64,000 nt of DNA from Octopus vulgaris (Eukaryota), in NCBI GenBank assembly GCA_951406725.2, contig OX597831.1, positions 74,772,001 through 74,836,000 on the forward strand, written 5' to 3'. The notes below the pieces were generated by a model. It did no database searches. It saw only the letters and a program-made list of their open reading frames with translations, and was not told where the DNA came from. Of the stretch, positions 27,885 through 42,649 are shown piece by piece; the stretch's first letter is position 1, and each line of letters opens with the position of its first letter. The translations under genes were made by a program, and so were the position numbers.

Positions 27885-28625
27885 TAGTTCAAGTCGATTA
27901 GTGGTAAGTGAGCTTTATTTTCGCGCAGATTAGCTTCTTTTATCCGGAGGTTACCGATGTTATACCTTACGGTCTTGATGGCGACTGCAATGTTCAGTAT
28001 ATCTGTTTGCATTTACTATTGTAGTTTCTGAATGGTGAAACTTGTGTGATGTTCTTTGATTTGAATGTGTAGCGACCGAATTACGCCCGTATGTATTATC
28101 CAACAATCTGTTGCATTGCATGTAGCATACGACGTTAGTTTGCGCTTGCATGTCAACGTTGCTGATGGGCTGTTAGACAGCACATATATGAGTTCTTGTT
28201 GCTGAGTAATAATTTGTTAGATGGCAGTTTTTGTAGGGAAACTCCTAGGTGTGTCAACTGTGTATCAGCCTTCCCTACGGATGGTCGTGTACACACGAGT
28301 AGTCGTACTTTTTCAAAAATGTAACTCCAGGAAACATGTTGGAAAAATTCCTTTTTTTTTTTTGGTAAAGTGGGATCTTGAAAGTAACTAGTAAGGGATG
28401 TCAGCTTTCAGCTTCTTATGGAAACATGCTCTAAAGTTAACTTTGGTTTTTCTGCATCTGTTCCGGAAACGAGGGAATTGGATGACCTCATCAGAGCATA
28501 GAGTACGGCATATTTTTTAGTTTCTAGTGAGGAGCAAGGATATCTTTTGTAGTGTCACACTATGACAGATACAATGGTTTTAAGATGGAAATTAGATACA
28601 CAAGTATATGTGATTTTCTGTGTCG
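27885..28625 (-). pseudogene. Decayed Penelope-like retroelement: RT C-terminus + GIY-YIG endonuclease
   Basis: Frameshifted motifs in the expected order: RK-ITYT-YL-NFH (cf. YRKPT.T..YL.F.S.H), RTLCSDE, TNVVCYMQCNRC..TG..RSLHIQIKEH, LRIKEA...IDLN-stop. Confidence 0.6.
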
Positions 28626-28960
28626 CAGTTTCTACAGCAATATATACACATATACATACACATATGCAAGCATGCATATATAACTCGAATATATATGTGC
28701 GTGTGTATTGTATATAAGATCAAATAGGGTGTGATGGTAGGGTATTTTCAGGAAGCATTCGAGCCGAGTATTGGGTTATCAACAATGTCGGGTCCCCGGC
28801 CAAAGCCGGAATTCTTTTAGTGTCGAAAATTTACAATTCACGACGATTATATCGTCAGATGGCTTTGGTGAAGAGTAAAGAATGCAATGGTTTTAAGAAT
28901 TTTCTTTGTTTTCTTCTTCCTTTCAATCGTGTGTGTGTTGTGTGTGTATATATATATATG

Positions 28961-29010
<50 letters not shown>

Positions 29011-29164
29011 AACATATATATTAAAATATATATAATATATACATATATATATCCATACACATATATATATATATATGTATATATATATTTATATATATAT
29101 ATGTGTGTGTGTGTGTATGGATATATATATGTATATATTATATATATATTTTAATATATATGTT

Positions 29165-29217
<53 letters not shown>

Positions 29218-29538
29218 TATACGGACTTATGTACACACTGTGATACACACATACACATATATCTATATCATATAAATATTATATAATTTATAGATGTATT
29301 GAATGATGTATATTGTATATATATATTATTTAATATATTGCATATGTATTTTACATATGTGCATAATGTGCATGTGGTATGTAGTGTGTGTGTATATATA
29401 TATATATTATATAATGAATATGTTTTATACTTATATATATATATATAATGATTATGTTATATGTGTGTGCGTACTGAATATGTGATATATATATATATAT
29501 ATATACACATACATATATATATATACATATATATAAGT

Positions 29539-29644
<106 letters not shown>

Positions 29645-30111
29645 TATACATATACACACATATATACAAGCATGAGTAGAAAGGGAATGAAAAACAGAAC
29701 AAAAAAAGCGAAAGAGAGAGAGAGAAGAGGAGGAGGAGGAAGAAAAAGTGGCTATTTCTGGGTGAATGTGTCATGTTGTCATCAGTTTTACGAGGAAGAA
29801 AGAAGAAAAGAAGAGAGAATCTGAGGTAATTGTAAACAAGTTGGCAAACATATAAGTATGTGCATATATATATGTATATACATGCATATATATATGTATG
29901 CATGTGTCTGTGTATGTATATATATATATACATATGTATATATATATATGTGTGTATAAGTATATGTATGCATAAGGATATATATATACACATATATATA
30001 TGTATATATATACACAGAGATGTATATATATATATTTATGTATGTGTGTGTATATATATATATACATACAGGTAGTAGATAAATACAAACATATATATAG
30101 CTATATATCTA

Positions 30112-30142
<31 letters not shown>

Positions 30143-30144
<2 letters not shown>

Positions 30145-30241
30145 GTTAATCCAAACAAGAAAACACAAAAAACACAACAACGCGAGGACGTGAAACAAAT
30201 ATAGTACTATTGGACGCTCAGGAAAGAAGGGAAGAAGGAGG

Positions 30242-30243
<2 letters not shown>
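30143..30243 (-). mobile_element. Truncated family H1 element (stops before the hammerhead)
   Basis: aagttaatccaaacaagaaaacac...ggacgctcaggaaagaaggg, then (TA)n. Confidence 0.78.
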
Positions 30244-30281
<38 letters not shown>

Positions 30282-30285
<4 letters not shown>

Positions 30286-30680
30286 TTTCCTTGTCCTGTC
30301 TTTTACCGTTTTTATCTTTATTTGTACGGTTTTTTTTCTTTATTTGTATTGCTTTTACGTCCTGTTCTTGTCACCTTTTTTTACCCCTCCGCAAAAATTT
30401 TTTATTTAATTCAATTGCGGGAAGGATTGCTTCGGCCGGATCGTGTTCTGCCCTTACCTTCGAAACACGCAATGAGTCGAAACAGGGGCAGCTGAAGAAG
30501 GGGAATGTTCCCTCTGCTGTTTGTCTTGTACTCTGTTTTTTCGTTGTTAAAAAAGTCCGTTTCCTTGTTTTGTTTCTCTGTTTTCGTTTCTCGTTGTGTT
30601 CTACGTTTATTTGTGGTGTCCTGTACTCATATATGCATGTATATATACATATCGATATAGGTTTGTACATATATGTATCT
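30282..30680. repeat. Unclassified (TA)n-flanked element
   Basis: Non-microsatellite island. Its tcgaaacagggg..ctgaagaagggg layout resembles 26776-26828. Confidence 0.4.
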
Positions 30681-30717
30681 ATGTATATGTTTTATTTATT
30701 AAATTGTTATATATATA

Positions 30718-30829
<112 letters not shown>

Positions 30830-30967
30830 CATACATACATATATATATATGTATATATATATGTATATATATACATATATACATATATATACATATATAT
30901 ATATATATGTATATATATATACATACATACATATATTATATATATATATATACATATACATACATAC

Positions 30968-31005
<38 letters not shown>

Positions 31006-31025
31006 TCTTCGTGTGTGTGTGTTCT

Positions 31026-31057
<32 letters not shown>

Positions 31058-31683
31058 AAGCATTCTTCTTTGCAAATGTTCAAACGCCGTCACAAACATG
31101 GCGCCGATGAATAGCTGTTATCGTTGTCGCTATTATTGTTTTTATTATTGCTATTATTATTGTTTTTTCTTTTCCTGTTGTGAACTAGGGCGGGGTGACA
31201 GTGGAGACGTGGAGGCAGGGCCAACGGTGTAAGCGGGTGGTGGTGGTGGTAGCAGGGGAGGTGGTTTTGGTGGCGGCGACGGCGGAATAGAAATGGTAAA
31301 TAAAACAACAGATTACGGAACAGAACATCTGTTTAGTCTCAGAAAAGAAACAGAGTCAAAAAATTAGTCTAAGAGGAGAAATTCTTCAAAACATTAGTTT
31401 GAAATGAATCATGGAATCGTTACCATTATTGTAACAATATGTTAGATAAGTTTAAGAATTGCGAATAAAAGACAAAAACAAGAAAGGAATACAGGTATCT
31501 CTTCCTTGGTTCTTGTATGAAGTTGAAACTGAAACCAGTAAACTAGGAAAATTGTGGAGTTTATATCTATTTTTTATTATTATTTTTCAAAAAGGTTTCC
31601 AGATCAAGGGTTGCCTCGTCTGGCCTCAAACCATTCAGAGACTGAGAGACTTTATCTTTTAGTATTTTGCGAACTTTGAAATA

Positions 31684-31746
<63 letters not shown>

Positions 31747-31820
31747 TCATTCTCTTCCTCCTCCCCCTCCTTCTCTCCTGATGTATCGATATAATAAATA
31801 ATATAATATAATATAATATA

Positions 31821-31862
<42 letters not shown>

Positions 31863-31873
31863 TATATATATAT

Positions 31874-32085
31874 GGCGCAGGATTGGATGTGTGGTAAGTA
31901 GCTTGCTTACCAGCCACATCGTTCCGGGTTCAATCCCACTGCGTGGCACCTTGGGCAAGTGTCTTCTACTATAGCCTCGGACCGACCAAAGCCTTGTGAG
32001 TGAATTTGGTAAACGGAAACTGAAAGAAGCCCGTCATGTGTGTGTGTGTTTGTGTGTGTGTATGTTTGTGTATGTGTGTCCCCAC
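31874..32085 (+). mobile_element. SINE family A, 5' half
   Basis: ggcgcaggattggatgtgtggtaag...gggttcaatccc...ggaaactgaaagaagcccgtc. Confidence 0.85.
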
Positions 32086-32089
32086 CAAT

Positions 32090-32129
<40 letters not shown>

Positions 32130-32141
32130 GTATGTATATAT

Positions 32142-32350
32142 AAAGTTAATCCAACCATGAAAACACCAAGAGAAAACACAACAACGCGAGGACGTGGAAC
32201 AAATATAGTATTATTGGACGCCCAGGAATGAAGGGAAGAAGGAGGCTTTTACGTTTCGAGCAGAGCTCTTCGTCAGAAACATAGGAAAAGGAAAGATCCA
32301 GAGAAGGGAAGACGGAGGAAAAAAATCGCCAACAGTACACACGCGGTCGG
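32142..32350 (-). mobile_element. Hammerhead element family H1; canonical-core hammerhead at 32246-32280
   Basis: Minus strand reads TTT-CTGACGA-a-GAGC tct GCTC-GAAA-CG-TA/AAA. Confidence 0.8.
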
Positions 32351-32702
32351 CAAGAAGAAAATGGAGAGGATACAGAAATAGTATACATCAACTCTTAGAC
32401 ATTATATTATGTCTATTTATTTATTCTAAAACATTTATGAGATTATATACATATGTAAAGACTGTGTATTACATACATACATAGCAGTAATTCATAGAAT
32501 AGAAAAAGAACAGTTTCTTACGGCCGTTTCTGCCAAAAGGTCGCAATACCCTACATGTTATTTCCATCTATTCAGTGTTCTGTAGTGATCGGTAGATAAA
32601 ATTTGGGTATTGGGTGTGCCTCTAAGCTTCATCAGGGAGATTAAAAGAGGGTCTAAAAGTTCAGAGGGCTAATGCATGTATATATAAATATACATATACA
32701 CA

Positions 32703-32788
<86 letters not shown>

Positions 32789-32909
32789 CATAAGAATCAG
32801 TTACCAGTAGGTACAGTACATTATTCCTATGGAAGGGTGTATAAGAAGAGTAATAATAAGAGCAAAATAGGGGCCAAGCAATAGAATTTGAGAGGAGTAC
32901 AACTTTGAT

Positions 32910-33150
32910 ATATATTTATATAAATAAAGATAAGATCATTAATTTAAAAATGAAATAACGATCTTATCAAGTGGCCAGCATGGAAAAAATAACCTTCAAA
33001 GGTAATAAGTATTAAAATTATAAATTAGGGTATCTACGAGATACCACTATGCTGAAAATAGCAGCCCTGATCCGACTCTAAAACTACCTTAAGTGTTCAT
33101 ATATATTTTCAGCATGGTGGTATCTCGTAGATACCTTAATTTATAATTTT
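32910..33150. repeat. AT-rich element with ~45-bp inverted arms
   Basis: aaaattataaattagggtatctacgagataccactatgctgaaaata / tattttcagcatggtggtatctcgtagataccttaatttataatttt. Confidence 0.65.
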
Positions 33151-33954
33151 ATATATATATACATACATAGACACATACATATTTCATGCGTTGCCTTCCA
33201 ATATTTATGTTATCACATCTAGTGGTGGATTTAAGGGTATAGTCATTTCTGTTTGAGATTTTTAGGAAGGGTGGATTCATGCAGTGGTTCATATTTTACT
33301 TACCTATAAATATAGATATGTCTACAGTTGAGGGTTTGAGAGTATGGTCCACATTTCGGAGGTGAAGGTTTATATTAACAGTTATGATAGCGGCTGGTAG
33401 TAAAGCTGCAGGTAGTGACAGAGAGGGAGAGGGGGAGAGATGGAGATTATAATTACAATAATCTTTGCATGAAATCCTTGCATGTTTCTTAAGATCTTAT
33501 TTGTGGAAACGCGCGTAGTGATGCATTAAATGTTTATAAGTTCCATCTAAGGATTATTGTTATTATTACTATATTTATCCTATGTTAATATCGTTACAGC
33601 TCGATGCAACCTCAAAAAAACAGGTTCACCAGCCAGCATCAGTAGACTGTGGTCAGCATAATGAAATAGGAGCTTTATTTGCATATTCAAAACGTTTCCC
33701 GTAAACAAATTTAGAAGATACACACACACACACACAGATACACAAACACAGACACACACACACACATATTTGTATGGTGATGCTGACAGGAAAAACAGAA
33801 CTCAAAATATGAGTAAATTCATATTTTTATTAATAACAGAGTTATTCAAGGGCCGAGTGTTTTGTGCGTTTGATAAGTGCCCCCGCACGAAATTCTCGGC
33901 CGTTGAGTCATTCTGTTGTTTCTGCTAAATATTATCATTATTATTATTATTATT

Positions 33955-34455
33955 ATGTGATGAAAACTCCCAGCTTATTTTGCTGGGTATGATGGAAAGT
34001 GTCAGCTGTCCACAGCCAGCAGACTAAGGTGACACTTGTTTATTGGTCATGCTTCAAGAATCCTGCGAAGAATTCTTGCCGTTCCAAGCAATACTGATTC
34101 TTGTAAGTGTTCTACCTTCACACTTGCACCGATCTTTTTCAGCCATGTTGGTGGCAACTGAGCGCTGATACTTCCAGCTGCGACCGATTACAACTGGTAT
34201 CACGTCCACTCTCCTCATTAACCACAACCTTCGTATTTCTCACTTGAAATCTTCATATTTGTTTAATTTTCTTCTTCTTTCACATTGATCCTGTTGTCAC
34301 CGGGGCATGCTCTGTCGATTATCATGCAAGCTCTTTCTTTTTTATTCACCACAACAATGTCCGGTTTCCTATGTTTGGTCAGGTGATCACACTGGATCAT
34401 TACATCCCACAGGATGTCATGGCGTCGTTTGTATTCACGTTGTGCTAATTTCGGG
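33955..34455 (-). mobile_element. R4/Dong-type LINE 3' fragment (RLE domain), with internal deletion
   Basis: EYKRRHD..ILWDVMIQCDHLTKHRKPDIVVVNKKERACMIID...IPVVIG...VLLGTARILRRILE. Ends in (TAA)n. Confidence 0.8.
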
Positions 34456-34589
34456 ATTTATATTAAACTGAAGGCTTATATAATATTTTTGTTTTGCAAG
34501 TCTATATTTATTATTCTTTTACAGGAAGAGTGGTTAGAGTGACTTCGAAGTTTCGGACAGTAGGATCAATATATAAATATTTAAGAAAG

Positions 34590-35215
34590 TATATATGATC
34601 TCGAATGATGTAGCACAAAGCCAAATAGAAGCGGGGTCCGGTGAAATCGAGGAGGTAAAAGAATATGTCTGCTTAAGGCACACAGTAAACATGCGCCACG
34701 ATATGGATGCTGAAGTCTCAAAGAGAATGAGAGCCGGGTTGAAAGAATTTAACTCAATAATGGAAGCTACAAAAACAAAGCTAGACAATGCCAGACTCTT
34801 CAGTGGAACTGCCCTATCTGCGGTCTTATACGAAGGTGAGACGTGGGCTGCTACGAAGAGGACAGAACATCGATTGGCTACGACGCAAAAGGGCCTTAGA
34901 GGGATCCATGCTAGGAACATCATTTCGGGAGCATATCTGGAATGAGATAACTGGCGAAAGGAGCGGAGTGGACGATGTGATCGCAGAATTTTGAAAGCAC
35001 AAGTTCCACTGGATTGGATATGTCGCAAGTATGTTCACAAACAGCAAGCAGATCTCTGCTGTTACCGAATTGTATCCATGAGATCGGGAAAAGTCCACTT
35101 GGAAGGCCACCACGACGATGGGAAGACGATTTAGTCAAGCGATTTGGGTCAAGATGGAAAGGAATGGCGCATTCAAGACGGAATTGGAAGTGCATTGTGA
35201 CCAGCGGTGTGTAGC
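34590..35215 (+). mobile_element. RTE-clade LINE 3' fragment
   Basis: IEEVKEYVCL..EVSKRMRAG..VLYEGETWA..SMLG..GRPPRRWEDDL. Confidence 0.78.
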
Positions 35216-35332
35216 AGGATCTCGTTGTCTGGTTGACACTGTGACATACATGCATACATGCATACATATATATAAAGACACACACATGCACATACATATA
35301 CACATATATGCATATATATATGTATATATTTA

Positions 35333-35378
<46 letters not shown>

Positions 35379-35593
35379 GCGGACGTCCTAGTATGCAGTC
35401 CTGCAAATTATATTCATCTGGACGGTCGTAGTGAAACATGTATGCGAATAATCCCTATTTTTTTATGCTTTTTCTTTTGTCTTGCTCGATTACGTTTGGG
35501 TTGTTTTGCTAAATATTTCTTGAGAACATTTCTTAGTGGACCATAGCGGATGTATTTTTAGCCTAAGGGTGTCCACATAGTGGTTTCCCTCTA

Positions 35594-35639
<46 letters not shown>

Positions 35640-35712
35640 TCACACACGCCCACATATGCAGGTGTATGTACGCATATATGTACGGCGAGCTGCAGGTGTA
35701 TGTACGCATATA

Positions 35713-35942
35713 TGGCGGCGAGCTGGCAGAAACGTTAGCACGCCGGGCGAAATGCGTAGCCGTATTTCGTCTGCCGCTACGTTATGGGCTCAAATTCCGC
35801 CGAGGTCGACTTTGCCTTTCATCCTTTCGGGGTCGATAAATTAAGTACCAGTTATGCACTGGGGTCGATATAATCAACTTAATCCGTTTGTCTGTCCTTG
35901 TTTGTCCCCTCTGTGTTTAGCCCCTTGTGGGTAGTAAAGAAA
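35713..35942 (+). mobile_element. SINE family B, full length
   Basis: ggcggcgagctggcagaaacgttagc...gggtagtaaagaaa. Confidence 0.9.
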
Positions 35943-36806
35943 TATATATGTACATATACGAATATATATAATTCATTGCTGTCTGTAAGATGTTAATCAT
36001 AGAACGCGCGCGCGCGCGTGTGTGTGAGAGAGGAAGAGGGGGGGGGGGGGAGAGATTTGGTTCAGTGACTTCTCCCCGCAGGGAATGTCGAACTTCAAAG
36101 GATCCTGGTTTTACAGTTCAACGGCAACAACAACAGTACCAACAGCATCAGAAAGAGCAACACGTGTAGCTTGTCGTCACGATGATGACGAGGTCTATGA
36201 TGCTGATGATGATGATGGTGATGATGATGATGATGATGATGGTGGTGGTGTGATGATGATGATGATGATGGTGATGGTGATGATGATGATGATGATGATG
36301 ATGATAAGGGGGGAGAACGTGGAGGATAACGATGACGATGATAAATACGATGACAATGACGTTAAACAACATCCCCACATCTACCACCGTCACCACTACC
36401 ACCATCATCATCATCAACATCAAGGTCGTCGTCGTGATCATCGTCGTCGAGACGATAGCAACGACAGCAACATCAACATCGTTAATATTTGCTGGTTAGT
36501 TTTTTTTTTTGCTTTTTTTTTCTTTAAAAAAGAAAATATTTTGCACAGCAAATATTATTTAGCCGTGGTAGTTGTGGTCGGAGGGGGGTTGAGGGTGGAG
36601 GTGTTGTTGATAGTGAGTATATACATACATATATGTATGTTTACGTATATAAGTATATACATATATATATGTGAGTATATATATATATACATATATATAT
36701 ACATACATACATATATATATACACACATATATGTGTGTGTATACATATATATATAAATATATATATATACATATATATATACACACATATATGTGTGTTT
36801 ATACAA

Positions 36807-36862
<56 letters not shown>

Positions 36863-36870
<8 letters not shown>

Positions 36871-37819
36871 AAAGGGCTTAGTAAAATAAATTACTTTGCC
36901 GCATACTGAACTCATTAGAAATAGCAGCTAAAAAACTTTTTAAAACTATTTCTAATACTTAAAGAAAACCTCTCTCATATAGTGTTTGCTCAACTCAACT
37001 CACGAAAGTTTGGGGGTAAAGACATCAAAAAATCAAATGCAAAGGTTATTTGAGAGAGGTTTTCTTTAAGTATTAGAAATAGTTTTAAAAAAGTTTTTTA
37101 GCTGCTATTTCTAATGAGTTCAGTATGCGGCAAAGTAATTTATTTTACTAAGCCCTTTTATATAATGTAATAATTTGAATTCGCCTTAAATGGTCCCTTT
37201 GCATACTGAACACTTGGTGAAATTGATTAATAATTAATTAATTTTACCCTCAATTGTTGAAATTATAATTAATCTCCCTCTAATTAATGCTTCGGATTTT
37301 ACCGAAATAAGCATAGTGTTTGCTGATTTTAACCCACGCTGGTGGAAAGGGGAGAACAGAAATTCTTCGCTTGCATATTTGAGTTTGTTGGCACTGTTAG
37401 TTACGAGCAGATCTTCGAAAGCGATGAGAAGCCGAAAGGGTATGCTCTCACTTTCAGTGTTTTCAAATCCAAACCAAGGAGTTTCTGAGCTGATGATAGA
37501 AGTGTCGTGTTGACTAATCTTGAAACGTACGTTCTCAAATAACCTTTGCATTTGATTTTTTGATGTCTTTACCCCCAAACTTTCGTGAGTTGAGTTGAGC
37601 AAACACTATATGAGAGAGGTTTTCTTTAAGTATTAGAAATAGTTTTAAAAAAGTTTTTTAGCTGCTATTTCTAATGAGTTCAGTATGCGGCAAAGTAATT
37701 TATTTTACTAAGCCCTTTTATATAATGTAATAATTTGAATTCGCCTTAAATGGTCCCTTTGCATACTGAACACTTGGTGAAATTGATTAATAATTAATTA
37801 ATTTTACCCTCAATTGTTG

Positions 37820-37823
<4 letters not shown>
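36863..37823 (+). mobile_element. Second locus of the 560-bp hammerhead repeat: inverted arm (36863-37054) + 1.4 forward units; hammerhead at 37486-37537
   Basis: Near-identical to 10987-12390, with the same 3' end (ttgttgaaat+(AT)n). Confidence 0.85.
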
Positions 37824-37872
<49 letters not shown>

Positions 37873-38299
37873 TATATATGTATATATATATATATATACA
37901 TATAAACACACACCTATATGCATATATTTATGCATATATTCATACGTAAATACATACCTACATACATACATACATACACACACACTCATGCAAATATGTA
38001 CATATAAATACAAAACATCACATAGTATGATAAACAGAATCTTAAGATTCCTGTATTTGTCGTCGACATGTGGTTTTGTAAACGGCAAGTGTTTTTAATT
38101 TAGACTCAATGCTAGCACTTTTGAGGGGAAGGGCTCTGTCGATACTATCGACCCCAGTTCTTGAGAGGTACTTTATTTTCTCGATGTCATTTGGGTGAAA
38201 GACAAATTTTAGGTCGTCGAATTATGTGACCTGGTTTAGTTCACAGAGTAGAACCACTATACAAACAGAAGGAAATCTAGGTAGAAAATAAATTTTTTA

Positions 38300-38793
38300 A
38301 ATAGTATTAGTCACTGAAATTTGATTAATTGTCAAAAAAGCCATGAAAATATGTTACAAATTCGTATATCAAATTGCCATATGCAGAACAAGTACTATTT
38401 CCATATCTTCAGAATTTGATGTGTAAAATTGTCCAACAAAAGTAAAGAAGACTGATATTGTTAATGAAGTTTTAACGTTGATTATCAGCTAATTTTATGT
38501 TTTTCATTATATTACCCATTATATCACCATCTTTTAGAATATAGCAAACTGTTATGATGGATAAACTAGTTTAACTATATGGTAATAAGAATTTCTTCAT
38601 TAAATATCAATAGTAATAGGGGTAGGAGTGGGTGTGTGGTAAGTAGCTTGCTTACCAACCACATGGTTCCAGGATCAGTCCCACTGCGTGACACCTTGGG
38701 CAGGTGTCTTTTACTATAGCCTCGGGCCGACCAAAGCCTTGTGAATGGATTTGGTAGACGGAAACTGAAAGAAACCCGTCGTATATATGTATG

Positions 38794-38851
<58 letters not shown>

Positions 38852-40080
38852 TGTTTGTCCCCCAACATCGTTTGACAACCAATGCTGGTGTGTTTACGTC
38901 CCCGTCACTTTGCGGTTCGGCAAAAGAGACCAATAGAATAAGTACTAGGCTTACAAAGAATAAGTCCTCGGGTCGATTTGCTCGACTAAAGGCGGTGCTC
39001 CAGCATGGCCACAGTCAAATGACTGAAACAGGTAAAAGAGAAAGAGAAAGAGTAAGAGTAATGTCTGCAAGAATTCGTCGATTCTGATCTTTTGTTCAAA
39101 ACTGCAAAAGCCTATAATAAGATGTTTGCTTCTCTGGCAAACAAAGTCTACATCATTAGGGCAATACATATTAAATGAATATCCTGATTACATTCTGCTG
39201 AGAACACCTTTAATAGTGTTACTCTTTATTAAAAGTATACATTAAAAGGCAATTGCTTCACAGATACAATTCGTGACATATAGAAAATCATTAATATTAA
39301 TAAGCATAAAAACAGAGAAGTGTTGAATATATGGTATAATCCTTCATAAATTTAAGCGCTCATGATAGTTTTTCCAGGATTTTCGTAAACGTCATTCCCC
39401 TATCATGAATTCTTTTATAGAAAAGGTACATTAATGTGAGTTACAGGTGCATTAGAAACTGGTTGCTTCTCTATGCAAAAATACACTTCTATTTAAATGC
39501 AACGACCCTAATATTTTCCCTTTCAAAGATATGTGTGTTAATCTATCGAGCAAAAAGTAGTGAAACAAAAAGTTATATGAAGCTTACTGAAAATCACTTT
39601 AAAACAGATTCTCACAACATATGTGAACTTGAGACATTTTGAAAGCTATCTCACTACCTCATAAAAAAAAATTATCTGGAATTTAAATGATGGAAATATG
39701 AACAATTAACAAACAACATTGCAGAACGCATAGCAGTATGTTTATAATGTGAGATCTTCGACTTTAGGGATTTTGAATGCAAGTTCAAAGTTGCTAAATT
39801 TTTCAATTTTTCAAACTAGCTCGTATCATATAAGGGATTTGCCATACATAGAAAGATACTCATATGGTAGACCAACAGTTACTTTATCATCAACAATAAA
39901 ACTTCATTAACAATCGTAACCTTCCTTGCAATAGTGTGTTTTATACATATGATACTGAAGATATGAAAATATCATGTTTCTGTCTGTGAAAAGAATACTT
40001 TATCAAGGGCTCTGTGTATGACAATTCAATAGTGATGTATGACGATTTTGTGATATTTTTTTTTTGTCATAAACAACCAA
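38300..40080. mobile_element. Old AT-rich element with long degenerate inverted ends, interrupted by a SINE
   Basis: catatcttcag/ctgaagatatg and ttgttaatgaagtttta/taaaacttcattaacaa occur in nested order. Confidence 0.4.
38620..39050 (+). mobile_element. SINE family A, full length
   Basis: Family A head, body and tail. Confidence 0.88.
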
Positions 40081-40203
40081 ATATCCATGGCTAATATTTG
40101 GTTATTTTTACAACTATTTTCACTTATCGTCATGCTTATTCCTAGATCTACTCATATGAATAAGTGACAGGGTGAAGAGTTGCCCTTGAAAAGGCTTCAG
40201 CTG

Positions 40204-41285
<1,082 letters not shown>

Positions 41286-41308
41286 ATAATAATAATAGCA
41301 ATAATAAA

Positions 41309-41397
<89 letters not shown>

Positions 41398-41565
41398 GTG
41401 GAGTTTATACCAGTGAAGTATAAATTAAGACATGACAGAGTTGGCCAATATCTACACTGGCTAATAAGTCGGCATTACAATATCAAAACTGCCGACAAGT
41501 GGTATAATCACCACCCTGAAGCTGTAACTGAAGGAGAAAATGTAACGATTCTGTGGGACTTTCCA
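41398..41565 (+). mobile_element. R4/Dong-type LINE internal fragment (further family)
   Basis: YKLRHDRVGQYLHW...KWYNHHPEAVTEGENVTILWDF. Confidence 0.78.
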
Positions 41566-41879
41566 TTATTCAAGATATATTCAAAATTGGTAAAACTAAA
41601 AATTGTCGAGGATAAATGAAATTTATTATTGTTACTGAATATGTTATTTAATTTCTGAACAGTTTTGCTGCTGTTTGCTTATGTTATGTAGTTTGATCCA
41701 TCAGTTTCTACTTAGATAGAGACGCGAGTAAAATTAATAATAGAGAAATGAAAATAAAACTTTGGAAACAGCAACACCACCATAACTTACGTGGAAACCA
41801 TGAGCGTACTTTCAAGGGAGATAATCAGAGAACGACTTGAAAGTGAACGTGAGATCGTAATACTTCATGTAATGTAAAC

Positions 41880-42077
41880 AGGAAAACTACTCCAGAATCC
41901 TTGCCCGGTGCCGGATCAATCCCAAAGTCTAATCAGTTCATGCCAGTCATGAGGCCAAACATCACTGAAAGTTTCATCCAAATCCATTGAGCGGTTCTTG
42001 AGATATCTTGTCCATGGACAAACAAACAAACATGACCGAAAACAATACTTCCACCTTCGCTAAGGAGGAGGTAATAA
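41880..42077 (-). mobile_element. Helentron/DINE-like non-autonomous fragment
   Basis: Minus strand reads ttattacctcctcctt..aaggtggaagta (subterminal inverted repeat), (GTTT)n, gatatctcaagaaccgctcaatggatttggatgaaact. Confidence 0.55.
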
Positions 42078-42249
42078 TGCATATATATATGCACACACAA
42101 GCATACATACATACATACACACACACACATACACACATACACCTATGATTGCTTATCCCTCGCCTTTATAGATGTCTACTTCAGCTTTTTCTTTTCTTCT
42201 CACCAACTCCGTTATTTCTGGTGTACCTACTCTCATCAGAAGTCATATT

Positions 42250-42472
42250 TTGGTTTCAAACTTTGGCACAAGGCCAGCCATTTCAGGGACGGGGTGAATA
42301 AGCCGATTACATCGACCCCACTGTTTCTCTGGTACTTATTGTATGAACCCCAAAAGAGTAAAAGATAGCGTAGTTGATCTCAGCAGAATTTGAACTTAGG
42401 ACATGAAGACGGACAAAATACCCCGAAAGCATTTTTTTCGACATGCTAACAATTCTGCCAACTCGCTGCCGT
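42250..42472 (-). mobile_element. SINE family B, diverged
   Basis: atcgacccc..ggtacttatt..gaatttgaactt..ctaacaattctgccaactcgc. Confidence 0.7.
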
Positions 42473-42649
42473 CATTACGAGTTCTATTTTAAGAATTAGA
42501 ACAGACAAAGCACTAATCTGATATGCCTATCTATTTTTGAGTAATATATACGTGCACATATGAGTGTGTGTGTGTTTATGTGTGTGTGTGTGTGTGTCTG
42601 TGTGCATGTGTATATACGCATATTCGAAAAAAAAAAAAAATATATATAT

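Noticed and set aside
28470-28500. Minus-strand CTGATGAG
   Set aside because: No stem II or GAAA follows it, and it falls inside the Penelope coding remnant (LCSDE).
33835-33920. TTGATAA-GTGC cccc GCAC-GAAA as a second U3-A8 hammerhead
   Set aside because: There is no room for stem III and no stem I. It is better explained as an imperfect ~85-bp palindrome.
35411-35450. GAAACATGTA with an upstream CTGGACG in a TA-flanked island
   Set aside because: Possibly a decayed hammerhead, but the core and stem II are broken. It cannot be supported without a family consensus.
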